DNA of 64,000 nucleotides, from contig NW_026857983.1 in assembly GCF_026571515.1 (NCBI RefSeq), forward strand, positions 62,001 through 126,000. Direction: 5' to 3'. The notes under the pieces are model-generated. The model saw only the letters and a program-made list of their open reading frames with translations, ran no database searches and was not told the DNA's origin. Of this stretch, positions 1-14,600 are shown in pieces. Both the position numbers and the translations under genes were made by a program. The DNA comes from Ruditapes philippinarum (Eukaryota). Position 1 is the stretch's first letter; the number at the start of each line of letters is the position of its first letter.

Positions 1-708
1 GTTTAAAAGCCTAAAAGCATAACATTTGAATTTTTTACATAAATGAACTGGGGCATTTTAAACAGAAATATATGCAAAGATGGTTAAGAAATATACTATG
101 AAATAAATTGAAAATCCTATTTTTATGCTTTTATTAGCCCGATTTGAGTGAAAAGTGTTAAAACGCTTTTCATTTAAGGTCATTTTTTACAATATGAATA
201 ATTATATCTGGAAAAACGAAGTGCGCGAATAATCTGAAATTTTGCACAAAGATTAGTGGTCTAAACCTACATCAAATAGTACATTTATCTGGTAAAAATA
301 TTTTCAGTCCCATCATGTCAAAAAAACCTCAGTGGAGTCCCTTTAAAGCGGCTGATTTCATTTAAATTAAGAAAGGTATTTAAAGGTAAAATATTGTCAA
401 GCGAACAAAGGATGTACGTTTTTTATTGAAAATAATACTTAAAAACTACGTAAATTTACAGTAACAGGTCGCAGTATGCAAATTATTCCTTACTGTGTGA
501 GAAATGCTTAAATAATAAGGAGATAAATTTGGTAAATTCAGTCATTAATTGCATATTATATGTTAAATAATACAAGCATTGGGAATAATTTTACTTTTCT
601 TAATCTCTTGGAATGGAATATTTTCCCCAAGTTTGATTTACATGAAATGATTTTGTTCATCTTGAGGCGTTCTGCTTAGATTTTACTATTCATCTTTTTT
701 TCCTTCAG

Positions 709-1291
709 AAATGACGTAACAGACCAAAGTTCTGTCAGCCAGTCCCCTAGTCCGAGTCTAAGGGAAACACCACCAAACTCAGTGCATGTTGAGGAAAGTA
801 CATTCAAGAACCCCACTGAATCACGAAGGCCAAAGAAGACAAAAAATGCACATATTCTATGACCGAATTTGAGACGTCGTTTCTTGAAATTGCAAAGGCT
901 CAGGCGTCACGACTTAACACTTTAGAATACGCGCAACCTAAGAGAGATGCTGTCGACGCTTTTTATGAAAGCTGTGCATTGAGAACAAAACAGCTTCCTA
1001 AGAATAAACAGTTATGGCTGCAAATGCAAGTATCAATGTTGTTGTATACAGTTGAAACCAGCGACAGTTTACCACCATTTATGCCATATCCCTGTCAGAC
1101 TCATCATTCCTACCCTCATCAACAGGCTTATAATTCAAACCAGCTGCCAATACACTAACCAACAGGGGTCTGGGTTGAGTGGCATTGCCTACAACAAAAA
1201 CGACTTTTCTGCTGGTAATGAGAATAGTTCTCAAATAACGCATACCACAGGGCTTGATATCTTAAGTGAGGCAATGCAGTCACTGGAGTAA
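709..1291 (+). pseudogene. Last exon of MADF/BESS-type DNA-binding protein (Harbinger partner ORF), frameshifted
   Basis: Acceptor ttccttcag at 708; BESS-like motif DAVDAFYESCALRTKQLPKNKQLWLQMQVSMLLYTVE; frame changes near 845-858 and near 1150 (C-terminus ...DILSEAMQSLE* is in another frame). Confidence 0.6.
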
Positions 1292-1877
1292 TTCGAAAGA
1301 ACTTTAAATCAAAGAGCTCTCCCATACTTAGATGTGTTTTTGCATTTTCGTAATCAGTGTCTTAATTCCCATGCATGTCTTAATTCCCATGCATTACAAA
1401 CATGGTAACTAATTTATGGTTTTACTGATTTTTTTTTGCACCGGGGTGTAAACACTACAGAATCTTTATTCGCTTTGTACTTTTGTTTATATTTAGTTGA
1501 AAATATTTTAATATTATTTACTTAACTGGTAGTTAGTTGCCTTTTCTTGATTATATTTGTGGAAGTTCAACAATTTATGAAAATCAATGTCTATAGAAAT
1601 TACTATGAGATTATGGTTATTGATTTACAATTGATTTTGTTTACATAACATTGGCTGACGAATGTTCTTTGCAAATAAATCATTTACTTTTGTATGTGTT
1701 TTTTTTTCAGATTTTATAAAAAATTTACTGAAAAATGCGATTCAAGTTCAAAAGATTAAAGATCAAAATTTTCCAGATGCTTTACATGAAAAGTAAATTC
1801 AGTTATTTGTAAATTGTACACACATGTAAAGAGTAAAATTTTTGATTTAAAACATTATCATACGATAATTTTACCCC

Positions 1878-2179
1878 CAAAAAAGATAGCCCGACGTTGT
1901 TTGGCACAAATTGGCTCCCTAGTTCTGCATTGCCTTGCCTCGCCAGGAACTCCTCCATGTGAGAGAGTCAAATCCAAACTGATTCTTGTTAAGACGGAAG
2001 TACAGCTTGAATTCTTCTTCTGATAATTCAAGCTCTTTGATCAGATGGTAGTAGACGCCATGTTGATTCCTTTGTTCATAAATTGGGCGCACCCACCACC
2101 TATGCCTTCTTTTTACTTTTTTTCTTTGTCTCAGTGAAATTAGACCAGCCTGGATTGCGATCCAGAAATTTAATTCCAC
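1878..2179 (-). pseudogene. Harbinger transposase N-terminal exon, frameshifted
   Basis: RRHRWWVRPIYEQRNQHGVYYHLIKELELSEEEFKLYFRL is a typical Harbinger N-terminus. After frameshifts it reads REPICAKQRRAIF (cf. REPISAEQRLAITLR), then a gtaa donor. Confidence 0.7.
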
Positions 2180-2859
2180 ATGCTTGAAAGCGACATCGCA
2201 ACCATTCAGTTAGGAAAGATAAAACCACGTGTATATACGGAGCCTCTAACGGATACATTTACGCACATATGGAATAATGTTCACGTACATGCCCGGAAGC
2301 GTATCACGGACACGGAGAACGGACCACGTACAAATGGAATAGCGGCCTAACGGAGTAAAAAATCATGATTACAAGAATATAATGCTTTAAATATATTGAA
2401 ATTGCTTTTGAATGATTTTATTAACAAGAACATATGTGCACAACAAGAAATTTAACAAACAAACCCATAATTTGCTCTTAAATTTATGCATTGTTGGTAT
2501 GTGTCACTTTCGCATTTTCGTTGCTGCCGATACACAAAAAATTCTCCGTTTCGCTTTTTAGTCCTCCCGAAACTCATCACGTGACCGCTGTTTACATTCA
2601 GATTTGCAAACTGAAAGGCGTTTAAACGCTTTTCCCACGAAATTGGAGATAACATATGTTTCAAAAGAATTGACAAGCCAAAGAAGACATATCAATGTAT
2701 AACTGATTCTGTATAAATGTCCCTAACACGCAGGTAACAAAAAATTTTCGGTTCGTGAAATTTTACTTTTTTTGTGACATTCGACCATACCTCAGTGGAG
2801 TACCTTTAAAGTCATTCCGTTAATCTTTAAATATCCAACAGGGAATAAGATTCTCTAAA

Positions 2860-4850
2860 ATTTCTTAGCGTCCGATAGTTGATATGTTTAAGATTGTCAC
2901 AAGTAGAATTCTACCACGCAGGCTGTGAAGACAAACGTCCGACGTATTTTTGACTAGCATACACTGAGCAGCTTCGTAGTATAACGACGTAATTGCCTCA
3001 ACACCTGTGTTAACTTAATCACAAACCGAATCACACAAAGAACGAGACATATTTTGCAACGTACTTTCAAAATTATCAATAAAACTTAACAGGCGAGACT
3101 GATTCCATTTATACCTTTTAATGTGTGTAAGAGTTTCAACAACATTACTTTTCATATTTTGCACAGGCTTTTGATCAATGTTAATTCACATGACAGTGAG
3201 AAATGATCCGAATCATCTCTATCTAAGACACAGAAATTTCTAATGTAAGGAAATAAATTCGAGGAGGCTATCATGTAGTCAACCAAACTATCAACGTCAT
3301 AAGAAAAGCAGGAAAATTACAATTACTTTCACCCGCAAACCTTTCATTCAATATGTGAATATCAAATAAACAACACAGATCATCTAAGAACTTGTCATGA
3401 TAGTTTCCTCGAATACTATCTTCACTGTGACATAGAGTGTTAAAATGACTACCATCATAATCAACCTTACCACAAAATATGAAAAAAATTATCACCAGGT
3501 ATATATAAGCTAGAACTATTTTATATAAGCTAGAAAGACCTTGGATCTACTATTCAAATCTAAGCTAGAAAGACCTTGCATCTACTATTCAAATCTCCAG
3601 CAATAGATAAAGACTTATTTGGGTAATCAGTACATATACATGTTGGAATGTATAGAAAAAATGCCATTTATCTGTTCTTTATCATCATAATAACATGATC
3701 CTACTGGTGACATATATGTTAAATACATAATAAAATCTTCAAATGTAAACACCGTAGATTGCTCAAAATACAATACAACAAAAATTCATGATATAAGCGG
3801 CGAGTAATATTCAATTTTGCCAAATTACTTCTAATAAGAAGGCTAACATCTCTGCTATTCCTTATGGAGTAAAAATTCATACGGCGAACAAAGTCAAAAT
3901 GTACATAACAATTAAGAAAATTATCAAATTTACCCTTTAAATTACTCCATGTTTCACAAAGGACTGAAATGTCATAAATACTTGAAAACTTCAAAATTGT
4001 CAATAATACTATAACGACCGCAGACATTCAGTGTGAGTATGTTTAAATGGGTTTTATTGTTTATTAGTTCTTGGTCGATTCCCTAGAGGTCAAGGTCACT
4101 GTTGATCATTTCATGATATTTACTGTCAATTGGTTGGGTATATGTCTCGCTAGCTAATCGTCTGTTATTCACACGCCCACGCAAAAATGAATTAGTAATG
4201 TTGTAGTAATTCTGAACCCGATAGCCACGAGTATCTACGTCATCATTCCCGCGACTAGCGCCCAATGGCTGCGATCCATTGCTCGCGCCAACACGACTAC
4301 GTAATCTCCAATTACTAATTCGTTCGACCGCATTGTCTGTGTCGTTGTATTTGTACATGTCACCGTCAACAATGAGCTGATCGGAGCGAAGTGATGCATA
4401 TATACCCTAGTTTGTGGCCTCAACTTACGTTTTGGTTCAGTTCTCGCCTGTGCAGTTGTACACGCTAAGTGTTATCTTCACGCACTGAATACTGCGACTG
4501 ACAATACCAAGACATCGTAAAATATTTCTACTTAAATGACCCTCATTCTTCATACATTCACATTCTTGGCGTAACTTTTCATTTACTTTAAAGACGTTAA
4601 CCATATTATTAAAATCGTCAATTTTGCTGTTAATACTCGATAAATCAGTTTTCGTTTTAGATTTCATTTCTCGTAGAAAAGCCATACGTCAGAGTCATTT
4701 GCCTTGTTAGCACGGGCTCGTGTTGGACGTTGAGACAGAGTTGTGGCGGCGTTTATGCGGCGGAGTCTTTGGCAAAGGATAATATCCATTGTTTCTGTTG
4801 TTAAGCCGGCCAATAGTTCAGCTCCATATCCCCACCAGTATGATTAGCAC
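2860..4850 (-). mobile_element. CR1/L2-type non-LTR retrotransposon 5' fragment (ORF1 + APE endonuclease), degenerate
   Basis: ORF1 coiled-coil and C-terminus (DLSSINSKIDD..., SDQLIVDGDMYKY) at 4083-4685. APE motifs DISVLCETW, YMSPVGS, IAGDLNSR (~3585-3606) and DLCCLFDIHILNERF. Multiple frameshifts; no RT seen. Boundaries approximate. Confidence 0.75.
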
Positions 4851-6298
4851 GGAGAGAAATATCGCAAGTCTCAAACACACACTAACACTTTGCTGATTTA
4901 CAAGATTAAGGTTGTTCTTCAATTTTGTTAGACAATTTTGTTTTTGTTTTATACACAAAAACATGTGAAATTATTTGCAGATGAATTTTATATAATATTT
5001 TTACCGTTAGCATGCCTACGATCAAAACTACAAATTTACCTCTCATTTACACTAACTGAAATTTAAAGAAATACACATATTGTTCGAGTAATTGTGTTAT
5101 TGATCAATGCACAATTTTAAGTACAATTTGCGGCATGGTTCTCTGAATTCATATTAGGTAATGTCCAAAAGAATAATCATAAGTATGCCTCAGGTATCTT
5201 ATATTACTAACTTTAACTGAAATTTCACCACCATACATAGGTTCTATATGAATTATAAAATTTGTTTCTTGAAATATAATGAGGTTGAATGTTTGAAGTC
5301 TTTTCAAATTTTGTTGTATTTATATTGAATTTGAAAAAAACATCCTTTATAGGTTTCCTCCAGTCTTCAAAGTTTGGTTTTCCAGTTGAATGATCACAAG
5401 GTTCAAAGAAATCAATTCACGACTATAGGAAGTATGCTCCATCAACTGGTAGAACAAGTCGACCGTTCCTATAGCATAGTCAGTGCCTAAAAAACTGCTT
5501 GTGCTAAGAGGCTTATTTCGAATCCATTCCATAAAAGATGCCTTTCCAGCAACTTTTATATTTATCTATAATATAATAATTTATATTTCAGTGAAATTAT
5601 TCATTTCTTTTCCATTTATATAAAAATGTGGCATTCCTAAATATACTTAACCAAAAAATTTACAAACCATAAAAGTCTTACAAATTTAATGTTTCATATA
5701 TTTCCTTTTTATCTATACCTGAATATGCATGCAAATAAAAGAATCAATGCTCTTTTTTCAATGAATGGTGACTATTTCCAATAAAATAAGTTTTCAAGAT
5801 GCTTAAGTATTTTGAATTTTAATTGTTTACAGATTTTCACCTGTCATGTTATAGAATACTCTCGTTTTATACCTGTTGTTGTGTCTTGTTGTTCTTTCCC
5901 TTTTAAACTGGTTGACGACCTTGATTCCCAGAAAGATTGAGCTGAAACGCTCATCAAATGAACGTTGTTGTCTTCTAAATACGTCTTTGTAATGCTCTAT
6001 ATTTTAGTATACCACTGTAATTTAGAACATACCGGTATAACATTAGGCAATTAATGTGTAAGCTATTAAGCAGATATAACGTTATACGGTATACTTCCTG
6101 GGCATTCAGCATGTTAAATTAACAAAGTCTTGTTAATTTTTTTGTTAAATATCTTTGTTAAAAAAGCAGTTGTTCAGAAAAAAATAGCGTTATCTTTTTG
6201 TTAAAACATCGGCTTTAACAAGGATTTAACAATAAAATTAATTCACCTGAAGAGGTGAATTATTTTTTTTTTGTTAGTGGTTAACAATAAAAATCAAA

Positions 6299-9200
6299 AT
6301 GGCTGCTTTGTTTGTTTCTGTGACAACTACCAAACGCAAAAAGGAATATAGAGAAAACACAAGATACCTTAATGATAATTTGACACCTCGTGAATGCCGG
6401 GAAAGGTACAGATTTTCTCCAGATGGAATTGATTCCCTATGTGATATTTTGCATGACAAATTACAATCTGAAACTGAACGCTCGCATGCTCTAAGTGTCA
6501 AAGAGAAAGTTCTTATAGCTTTAAGGTATTATGCTACCGGTTCTTTTATGCAAACTGTTGGGGATACTCTTGGAAGAGATAAATCTACAGTGTCCCGAAT
6601 CATTGCCTCGGTGACAAATGCACTCTGCGACATTAAAGACCAGTACATAAAATGGCCAAGTGATACCTCACAGAATAAAAGTTCTTTTTATCGAGTATCC
6701 GGATTTCCCAATGTCATTGGATGTATCGATGGGACACATGTCCAGATAATCAAGCCTGGTGGAGAAAGACAGAGAGCCTACATCAATAGAAAGCGATTTC
6801 CGTCGATAAACGTGATGGGAGTAGTTGATCATTCAGGTAATTTAAATATTCCTCCTTTTATTATGCATTTATTTTAAGCATTCTGTTATTTTGTTCATTT
6901 TGTCGTCTAGTATTGTGTTTTGATAGTTGCTTCCCTTTGTATTGCTTATATCATAGAAAATATAGAGGCCCTTCCAGGGGTTCTCATGTTTCATACTACT
7001 AGTAAATGTATGTAAAGGTCAGATATAACCATTCAAAGTTTGACATGGCTACTGTAGGAGCACACTGAAATTATTGATATAAAGTCTTCCTATTGCTCTT
7101 AAATGTTGATTCTTATGTTCAAATATTATTATGACAATGCTTGGGTAGAAACTAATCTTATCAAGTTGTTTATTGGCTGGTCAGTGTTAATTTATCTGAT
7201 TAGGTACTTGTATATCACCCTTTTGAAACTTATATCAAGGATTTTTGTGCAAGTCATAAATCACATAAAATACAACTTTATTAATGTCATTGCATCTTTG
7301 TAAGGGTATATCCAAGAAATTCAATCCCAATATAATAAGATGCCAACAAGATTACATGCGTGAGATTAAGATTATTATGTAAATTTATGCAGATCCTCAA
7401 GTCTGTGTAAGTTTTAGTATATATTCAATGTTCCATTATATCAAGAACATGTTCCCATGTCCGGTCATTTGGCTTAGTACACTAGAAGTGCATATGGTGT
7501 GCACTTTTAGTTCAGGTCTAGTGCACTACAATTGCACAAGGGTGGGAATTTAGTTTGAACTCAACTGTTTTGATACTTAGCAAGGGTAACAATTGATAAT
7601 TATTGCCCTTTCCAATTTTTTAATATGATACATCACATACTTTGATACTAAAAAGGTTTTTAACTTCCTGTCTCCACTTTTATTCTAAAAGAAATAGCAC
7701 ATGCAATTATGGCAATGGTTAGGTACATTATTATTTGTGTCAAGAATTTCAGAAATTATTAACAAATTCAATTTTCAACAGTTTTAATAACATCATTTCA
7801 AATAATCCTGATAAACAAAGAGATCACTGGAAAAAACAAAAACAAACATGCAGGATCAAGTGCATAAAAATTGCTGCCATAACAACATGGATCATGTAAC
7901 AAGAGCAAAACATATCATTTGTAACCAAATATATCATACTCTGTTCAAATTAGATTGGACCAATGTATGATATTTTATAAATGTACTTTTTATGTGTATG
8001 TTATTTAATAAATAGACTTACAGTCATGTTTCAACAAGTCTTTTTTATTTTATTTTTGTTATGAATCAATAATTAAGTGCCCTTTTAGAATAAGATAAAC
8101 AAAAATATGTGAACTATACCTAACTTATCAAATGTGAAAAAGCACATGGCTAATTATGCTAAAGAGCAAAATTTGTTGACAAGACGGTTATCACTCTTAC
8201 ATAAAAACACATTACTAGCAGAAATGAGTTGAAAATAGTTTCAACTTGTTACTCATACATATTAAAATTAGAATAAATCTAAACTTTCACTGTTCTTGAG
8301 CTGATATGAAAATACTTAAATACGTTTTGAAGTAGCTGAGATAAATTAAAAATTTTAAAGCATTGGCCTGAAATACAAAAAGAATAACATAAGACATTAA
8401 AAACATAATAATTAATTGAAACGAGAAAGCAGTGTGTTGTTCTTTATTACCAAGTCTTAGACTCAAAAATACTTGCACAATTGTTTCAAGTAACTTCCTT
8501 TAGACACCCAAATATGGGCAAACAAAAGTAAATGACAGAATATAAAATTGATTGAGTGACTTGTAATAAGAAAAGAAAAAAGAGAAAAAATTGTATTATT
8601 CTACTATATAACAAGAAGAAAATTCAAGTTCTATAAAAACAGGACTTATTTTCATCCTGTGGAAAGAAAATTATCACATTTCACTTGTGGCTATTGCCAC
8701 TCTTGTAATATATACCAATTGATGAAAATAAATGCATCACTTAAAGGAAAAAACTTGATATGTGACTATAGACTTCACTAATCTTTTAACTTCGGCATAT
8801 GGGTTATCAATTTTTACATGCATTTGTTTCCAGAACTTCATTACAAAAGTTGAGACAGGGGTATTTTTTTCTAATTATGCATAAACTATAAAGAAGTTGT
8901 TTCTTTTGTAAGACTGTGCTAATGTATCACACACAGTAGTCAGAAAATATTTTCTTACTCATGTGTGAAACATAGCATAATCATGAAGAACAAACAAACA
9001 TACACTCTTTCATACTTGCCAGAGGGTTGAATAATTTCATTATTAAAGTAGAGAACTTAAACTCATGCAATTTGTTCTATCTGAATAATAATCCATTAAA
9101 GAATTTCAATTTATTTTTTTAGGTAAATTCATAAGTGTAAATGCTAAATGACCAGGATCAGCCCATGACAGCTTTGTATTTCAGTCATCTTCACTGTGCC

Positions 9201-9492
9201 AACACCTGGATAGAAACTTCAGGCAACTTGGTGATGGAGTACTCCTTGGAGACAGTGGGTATGAAGTTTAATAACACATGTCTTGTCTTTACTATCTTGA
9301 ATGCTTCTATTTATCTGCATGTGTGTGTATTCCCTGTAAAAATAATCCATTATACACAACATAGCAATCATGTTAGGGGAGCCTGGTTTCACAGATGATA
9401 TCACAGTGGAACCACCCCAACCAGCAGCCCAATATGATGGACCAGAGGAAGGCAATCATATAAGAGATTATATAACCAGAAATTTCTTTTGA
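6299..9492 (+). pseudogene. HARBI1-like DDE transposase, inactivated
   Basis: Exon 1 6299-6836 (LRYYATG, STVSRII, GFPNVIGCIDGTHV, YINRK..SINV). Exon 2 9123-9258 (NAK*PGSAHDS...LLGDSG) has TGA at 9149-9151 in place of Trp. The segment with the catalytic Glu (IER.FG..K.RF) is absent. C-terminus IHNIA...GNHIRDYITRNFF* at ~9349-9492. Confidence 0.9.
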
Positions 9493-9880
9493 AGAAAAAT
9501 AGAATCAATGAAAATTTAAATTTTGTTGTGGACTTTAAAGCTGCATGCCTCCTAGTGAATCAAAGAATTATTGGAAATCATCACAAAGATTTAAGAAAAG
9601 TAAAAACACTCACAATTCAAGTAATGATATACATTTCATATGCAATTAATAACTGATTTTGTAGAAATTATCACCATATTTATTACTTAGCAAGGGCTAT
9701 TGTGACCTGTATTTAGTAATAACTTGGATTAAATATTGCTATTTGCAATGTGTAAATTACTTTTTTTCTTCACTTGATAAAATACATTTTTTATGTAGAT
9801 TTTCAAAAAAATCATGAAAAATAACAGGAACCTGAAGGCATACTGCTTTAAGTCTGCAGCAAAAATTACATATTTACCTT

Positions 9881-11658
9881 TCATGGTTCTTTGCTTGCAT
9901 TTATTAACTGAAAAATATCTGAGCAAGCATTTGATTTCTTCAATGCAGCAGTTGCTTCTTTGTAAAAACTTTCTTTGGCATCCATGAGCTGCCTTCTCCT
10001 CACTTCAGTCTCACTCTGCTCTTTGAAGAACTGAAGCTGGGCTTCCCAAACCATTTCTTGTGTTACCTTTCGCCTGGTTATATCAAGAACAGTATTCTTA
10101 TGTTTTATACACATGTATGTATAGAATGTAGAACAAAACCCCACACATCAAAACCCCACACCTCACAATTTTATAGAGTGGACAAGACCCCACACCTGAA
10201 TTTCATAGAACCCCACACCTTCAATTTTATATCGTGGACATACCCCACACCTAATTGTTTGTTATAAAACCATACAATTCATATGATTTTGATCTTGTTA
10301 GAAAAGAATAAAACAGAAGATTTACTAAAGTTTGATAGAGTTACTTTAATCATTTTACATATCTGTTTTGATCATGTTAATTAATGGTATGTTATATTTA
10401 ATTTCAGTTTACAATATACAATATGATTAAATGATAATAGAGTATCATATACTATACAAATATTACAAACTGTTAAATAAAATTCAAAGGATAAGCATTC
10501 AAATATTACAAACTGTTATATATAAAAATCAAAGGGTTAATATTCATTAATCTTAATTAGCATTAATTATTCAAAGTGTCAACAATGTCCTTTATTTTAT
10601 TGTCAGTCAAAGGACCATACATAATAGTAATAAAAAGTGTGTGGTTATGTCCACTTTATAAATTAAGGTGTGGGGTTTTGTCCACTCTATAAAATTAAGT
10701 TGTGGGGTTTTGTCCACTCTATAAAATTTTTAGGTGTGGGGTTTTGATGTGTGGGGTTTTGCCTGTCTTCCGTATGTATATGCTGTATTACAAGTATGAA
10801 ATAACTATTTCACTTTCTTTACATTAACACTGTATTCTAAATGTTCTGATACTACTGATTTTTAGTTACATAAGAAAACAAATATTTAAAAACAGTCATA
10901 AACTTTGATTTAGAAAAGTAAAAAATCCTTTACTATAATAATTCTTTGAAACATATTGCAAAGGAAGATCTTATGAGAGCTCAGATATTGTTTACAAATT
11001 CAATTATAGGTAATCAGAAAAAAAGAGATGCTGCTCTAGAAATAGCTTTAAGTATCAAGTCTACATTCACTCTACAGAGATATTGATGCATTTGTAGGCA
11101 AAACAACTTTGAAGATATTAGGCAATTATCATGGATATAATACAAGAGTGTAAAACTATTATAGTTACTTTTTCTGCTTCTGGTTTTCATAACATGTCTG
11201 CTGTCTCTTATTTTGGCTGGTCATGTCTGAGCTATCAGTTTTAGTCTGAAATATTTAGTTTATTCCAAGTCCTGTTTTTCTTTATTTGCAGCAGTGAAAA
11301 GGAATGCAAAAAGAGAGATAAAAACCTAAATTTTTAATAAAATCACGAATTCTAGAAAGAAAATACATTGTTATTTAAGCTTATGTTAGTAATGTTAATT
11401 ATTACACAATCATAAAGCAACAGCTGTTGAAGTAGGCCAGCGTGCTGGTATAATCTTAAAGATATATTGATTTTTCATGAATTTGAAAAAGAAAGTTAAA
11501 TTCTATTTCTTAAAGGGAAATATTGAGTTTTATAAATGGTCCATTATCACATACCTCTTGCACTATTTCAACATTCACATTTTCTGTATGAATGACTTCA
11601 ACTTCATCAGATACTGTTGATACTGTTGATGTGTTACCTGTGATGACATTGATATGTT

Positions 11659-11693
<35 letters not shown>

Positions 11694-14600
11694 TGGGCTT
11701 ATGAGTTGTCTCCCTTACATCATGTAAAGGGTACATACATGTCTAAGATGACTTCTGGCTTCTTCATAATTATAGTGATAGGCAACACTATTTCAAATTC
11801 ATGCATAATTGCTAGAAAGATTAAGTTGGCTTAAAATACATGTTATGAATGTGAACAAGTTCTTTTACTGTCTGACTTCTTAAGTTCCCTTTTTTCATTT
11901 AAGGAACTAGATTCAATATTTCAGGTCTAAACAAGTGAATTATACAATTTTCAACATTAAGTCTAAACTTTTACAATAATTAGATAGTATGATAGTATAT
12001 GAAGACAAATTTATATACAAATGTAATATACATTTTAATTAGTATCTGAAATTTTTGTGTGTGCACATAATTAGCAGTATGTATGTGTCAGATAATGAGT
12101 TTAAGTATCATGTGCACATGTGTTAAAGATTATGCTAAATATATATGTAGATAATGTCAAATTGCTGCCTATCTGTATACTCATCCTATATTAACACACA
12201 GTTGTTATCACTGTTGTGAATAACTAACTGTACATTCTCATTCATTTAGGCGTAATCACATGACATCATTTTCATTCATCATTATAGGATTATGGGTTAT
12301 GTCTTGTTCTTGTTGTGAGTTACTATGCTCAGTGAACTGTCTCTTGGTATGTCCTTGTTATGTCCTGTGTTGTTAAGTGATGTCCAATAAATATCTTGTG
12401 TATTTGTTAAGTGAGAATGTGATTGGATGTGAGTGATTTCATATCATTTTATACATGGGCAATTTACATTTCTTTTCTAAGGCAGAAATCATTTTCAAAC
12501 TTTGCATTATAAAGTTGACTTCAGTAGTTCTTCATAGAACATTTTGAATGCTGTATTTATCTAATTCAACTTTATGTTTGTTCTTTATAGAATAGATTTT
12601 CTATTATTTTATAGACCCTTTCATTTAAGCGATAACAGTCAGGGAAGAGTTACTTCCCTTACCGGATGTGACGTAAATGGGGGATAAAACTATGCATACC
12701 GCATAGAAAGTTAGCTTATTGAAAAGTTTAATGCGTAAATACTTATCGTTTAATTATGATTATAACATGTAAAAATTTATGCATGCATACATAAATTCAA
12801 TATCAAGACAATAGAATAAAATACAAAAGCAAAGATTGAGATTAATTCTCGCTACCACGGATTTATAAATCCGTGTCGCTACGGAGTGAATCAGCGAAAT
12901 TCCAAAGCGAATATATTTATTAGATCTAGATTTTCTCAAATGCCAGGATAAAACGCTAGTAACTAAATCAAATTTTAATATTTTATAAACACCCATACAC
13001 ACTGAAATTGCCTATTATTATATATTTAAATGGCCATTTTCTAGTTTCCTGTGTTATTTTCTGTCATTCAGAAAATTCCGGCGTATTTGTGACAAACCTG
13101 AAAATAAGATTGCCAATGTCTTTTAATGATTATTTTTAAAGCTTTAATAGAACAATAACAGAATGCATTATGTCAATACTTACTGATTCTTTTTCATTAT
13201 GCCGTATAAAAAATATTTCAAAGAACCAGTGAAGGATATAATTTTATAAATATTCCGGAAAGAACGAAAACCATATGGCATTGACTTTTATAATTTTAGA
13301 TTCGCAACAGACGATAATAAGATAATTTTGATATTAAAAATCTATTCTTTAAAGACCTTTTCCCAGTAACTTATTTCATAGATAAATAGATGTGTATATA
13401 TAAGCGCCACTGGGCCGTAACATATTAATTAACAGGGTACATATATGTTGTATATACAAGCGGCACTTGGCTGTGATATCATAAATCACCAGGGTGCATT
13501 TTTTAGAGTTATAACATTACATCAGATTACGTCACTTTTGTTAGTTGTCAAAATATTTATGGTCCGAATTTTGTTATGGATCATCCTAGGGACTTTATTG
13601 GTCATGCCCTACTGATTTGATACTCGAACCAGAGTCCTACCAACTGGCACAGTCAAAAATACGTAAAATCATAATTCAGTTAATAACGAATTTCTGTGAA
13701 CGTGTTTCACAACTTGTTTTTTGTTGTTGTTTTTTTGTGATTTTTTGAATATTTGATAAGCAGAGTATGAATTAAAAAGTATCAAGTTGAAAATATTAAA
13801 TTACCAGCTTAAATATATTGGTGTGATGAACGATTTTTTTGAGAGTGCATTTTTTGCCAACACAAATAGTATACAGTCATGTACATTCAAAACAATTTTT
13901 ACTTTTTATGCCTTTACATTTTTTTTTTTGAAATTACATAGATTTATATTGTTTTCTTTGTCTTAGTAATGCTTAGATTTAAATGATTTTTAATAAACCA
14001 GTATCTTGCAATTAATTATTACGCAGCCGTTTTTCGAAACTACAGAATCCTTACATTTTTAAAACTCAAAATATCTTTTGGGTATTGTATATATTAGCAG
14101 AGACATAGATACATTATCTATATCTCTGGTATATGCAAGTTTGTACGATTTAACTGCCTGGTAAAATTTTCATTATTAAGAATCTCACGAAAATGGTAAT
14201 CATGATCAGTTACCCAGGAATATGGTCTACTATTAAAACAAATCGATAACCATATTATATAGTAAACATATTTTTTCATTTCACCATCCTTTTTTGTAAT
14301 ATCTTATTCAATTACACAAAATTTTGGCAATTTCAATCTGCCAATCTTAAGAGAGAAAGGATTGAGATCTTTATATCCCTCTATTATTGTACTTAATCGT
14401 ATCGGCATTGTCCACCGTATCCCCTCCCCAAATGACGTCATCCAAGGGCGACAACTTGAATACGGTCTTAAATGTAAGGGTCTATATAAAAGAGGTCAGA
14501 CAGTTGCACCTGGTAAGATATGTTTTACTTTAGATAACTTAAAAGAAATGTGTTGAAATGTATGAATTAAATAGTTGGAATTGTTTGAAATATGAAATGT

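Larger units (their letters stand above)
1..2347. mobile_element. Decayed PIF/Harbinger element (right part; left end probably outside window)
   Basis: Convergent BESS-motif gene remnant (+) and transposase N-terminus (-). Ends ...TGGAATAGCGGCC at 2347 followed by TAA, matching Harbinger GGCC termini and TWA target. Most of the transposase is missing. Confidence 0.65.

Noticed and set aside
6274-6501. 75-aa - strand ORF
   Set aside because: Antisense to transposase exon 1.
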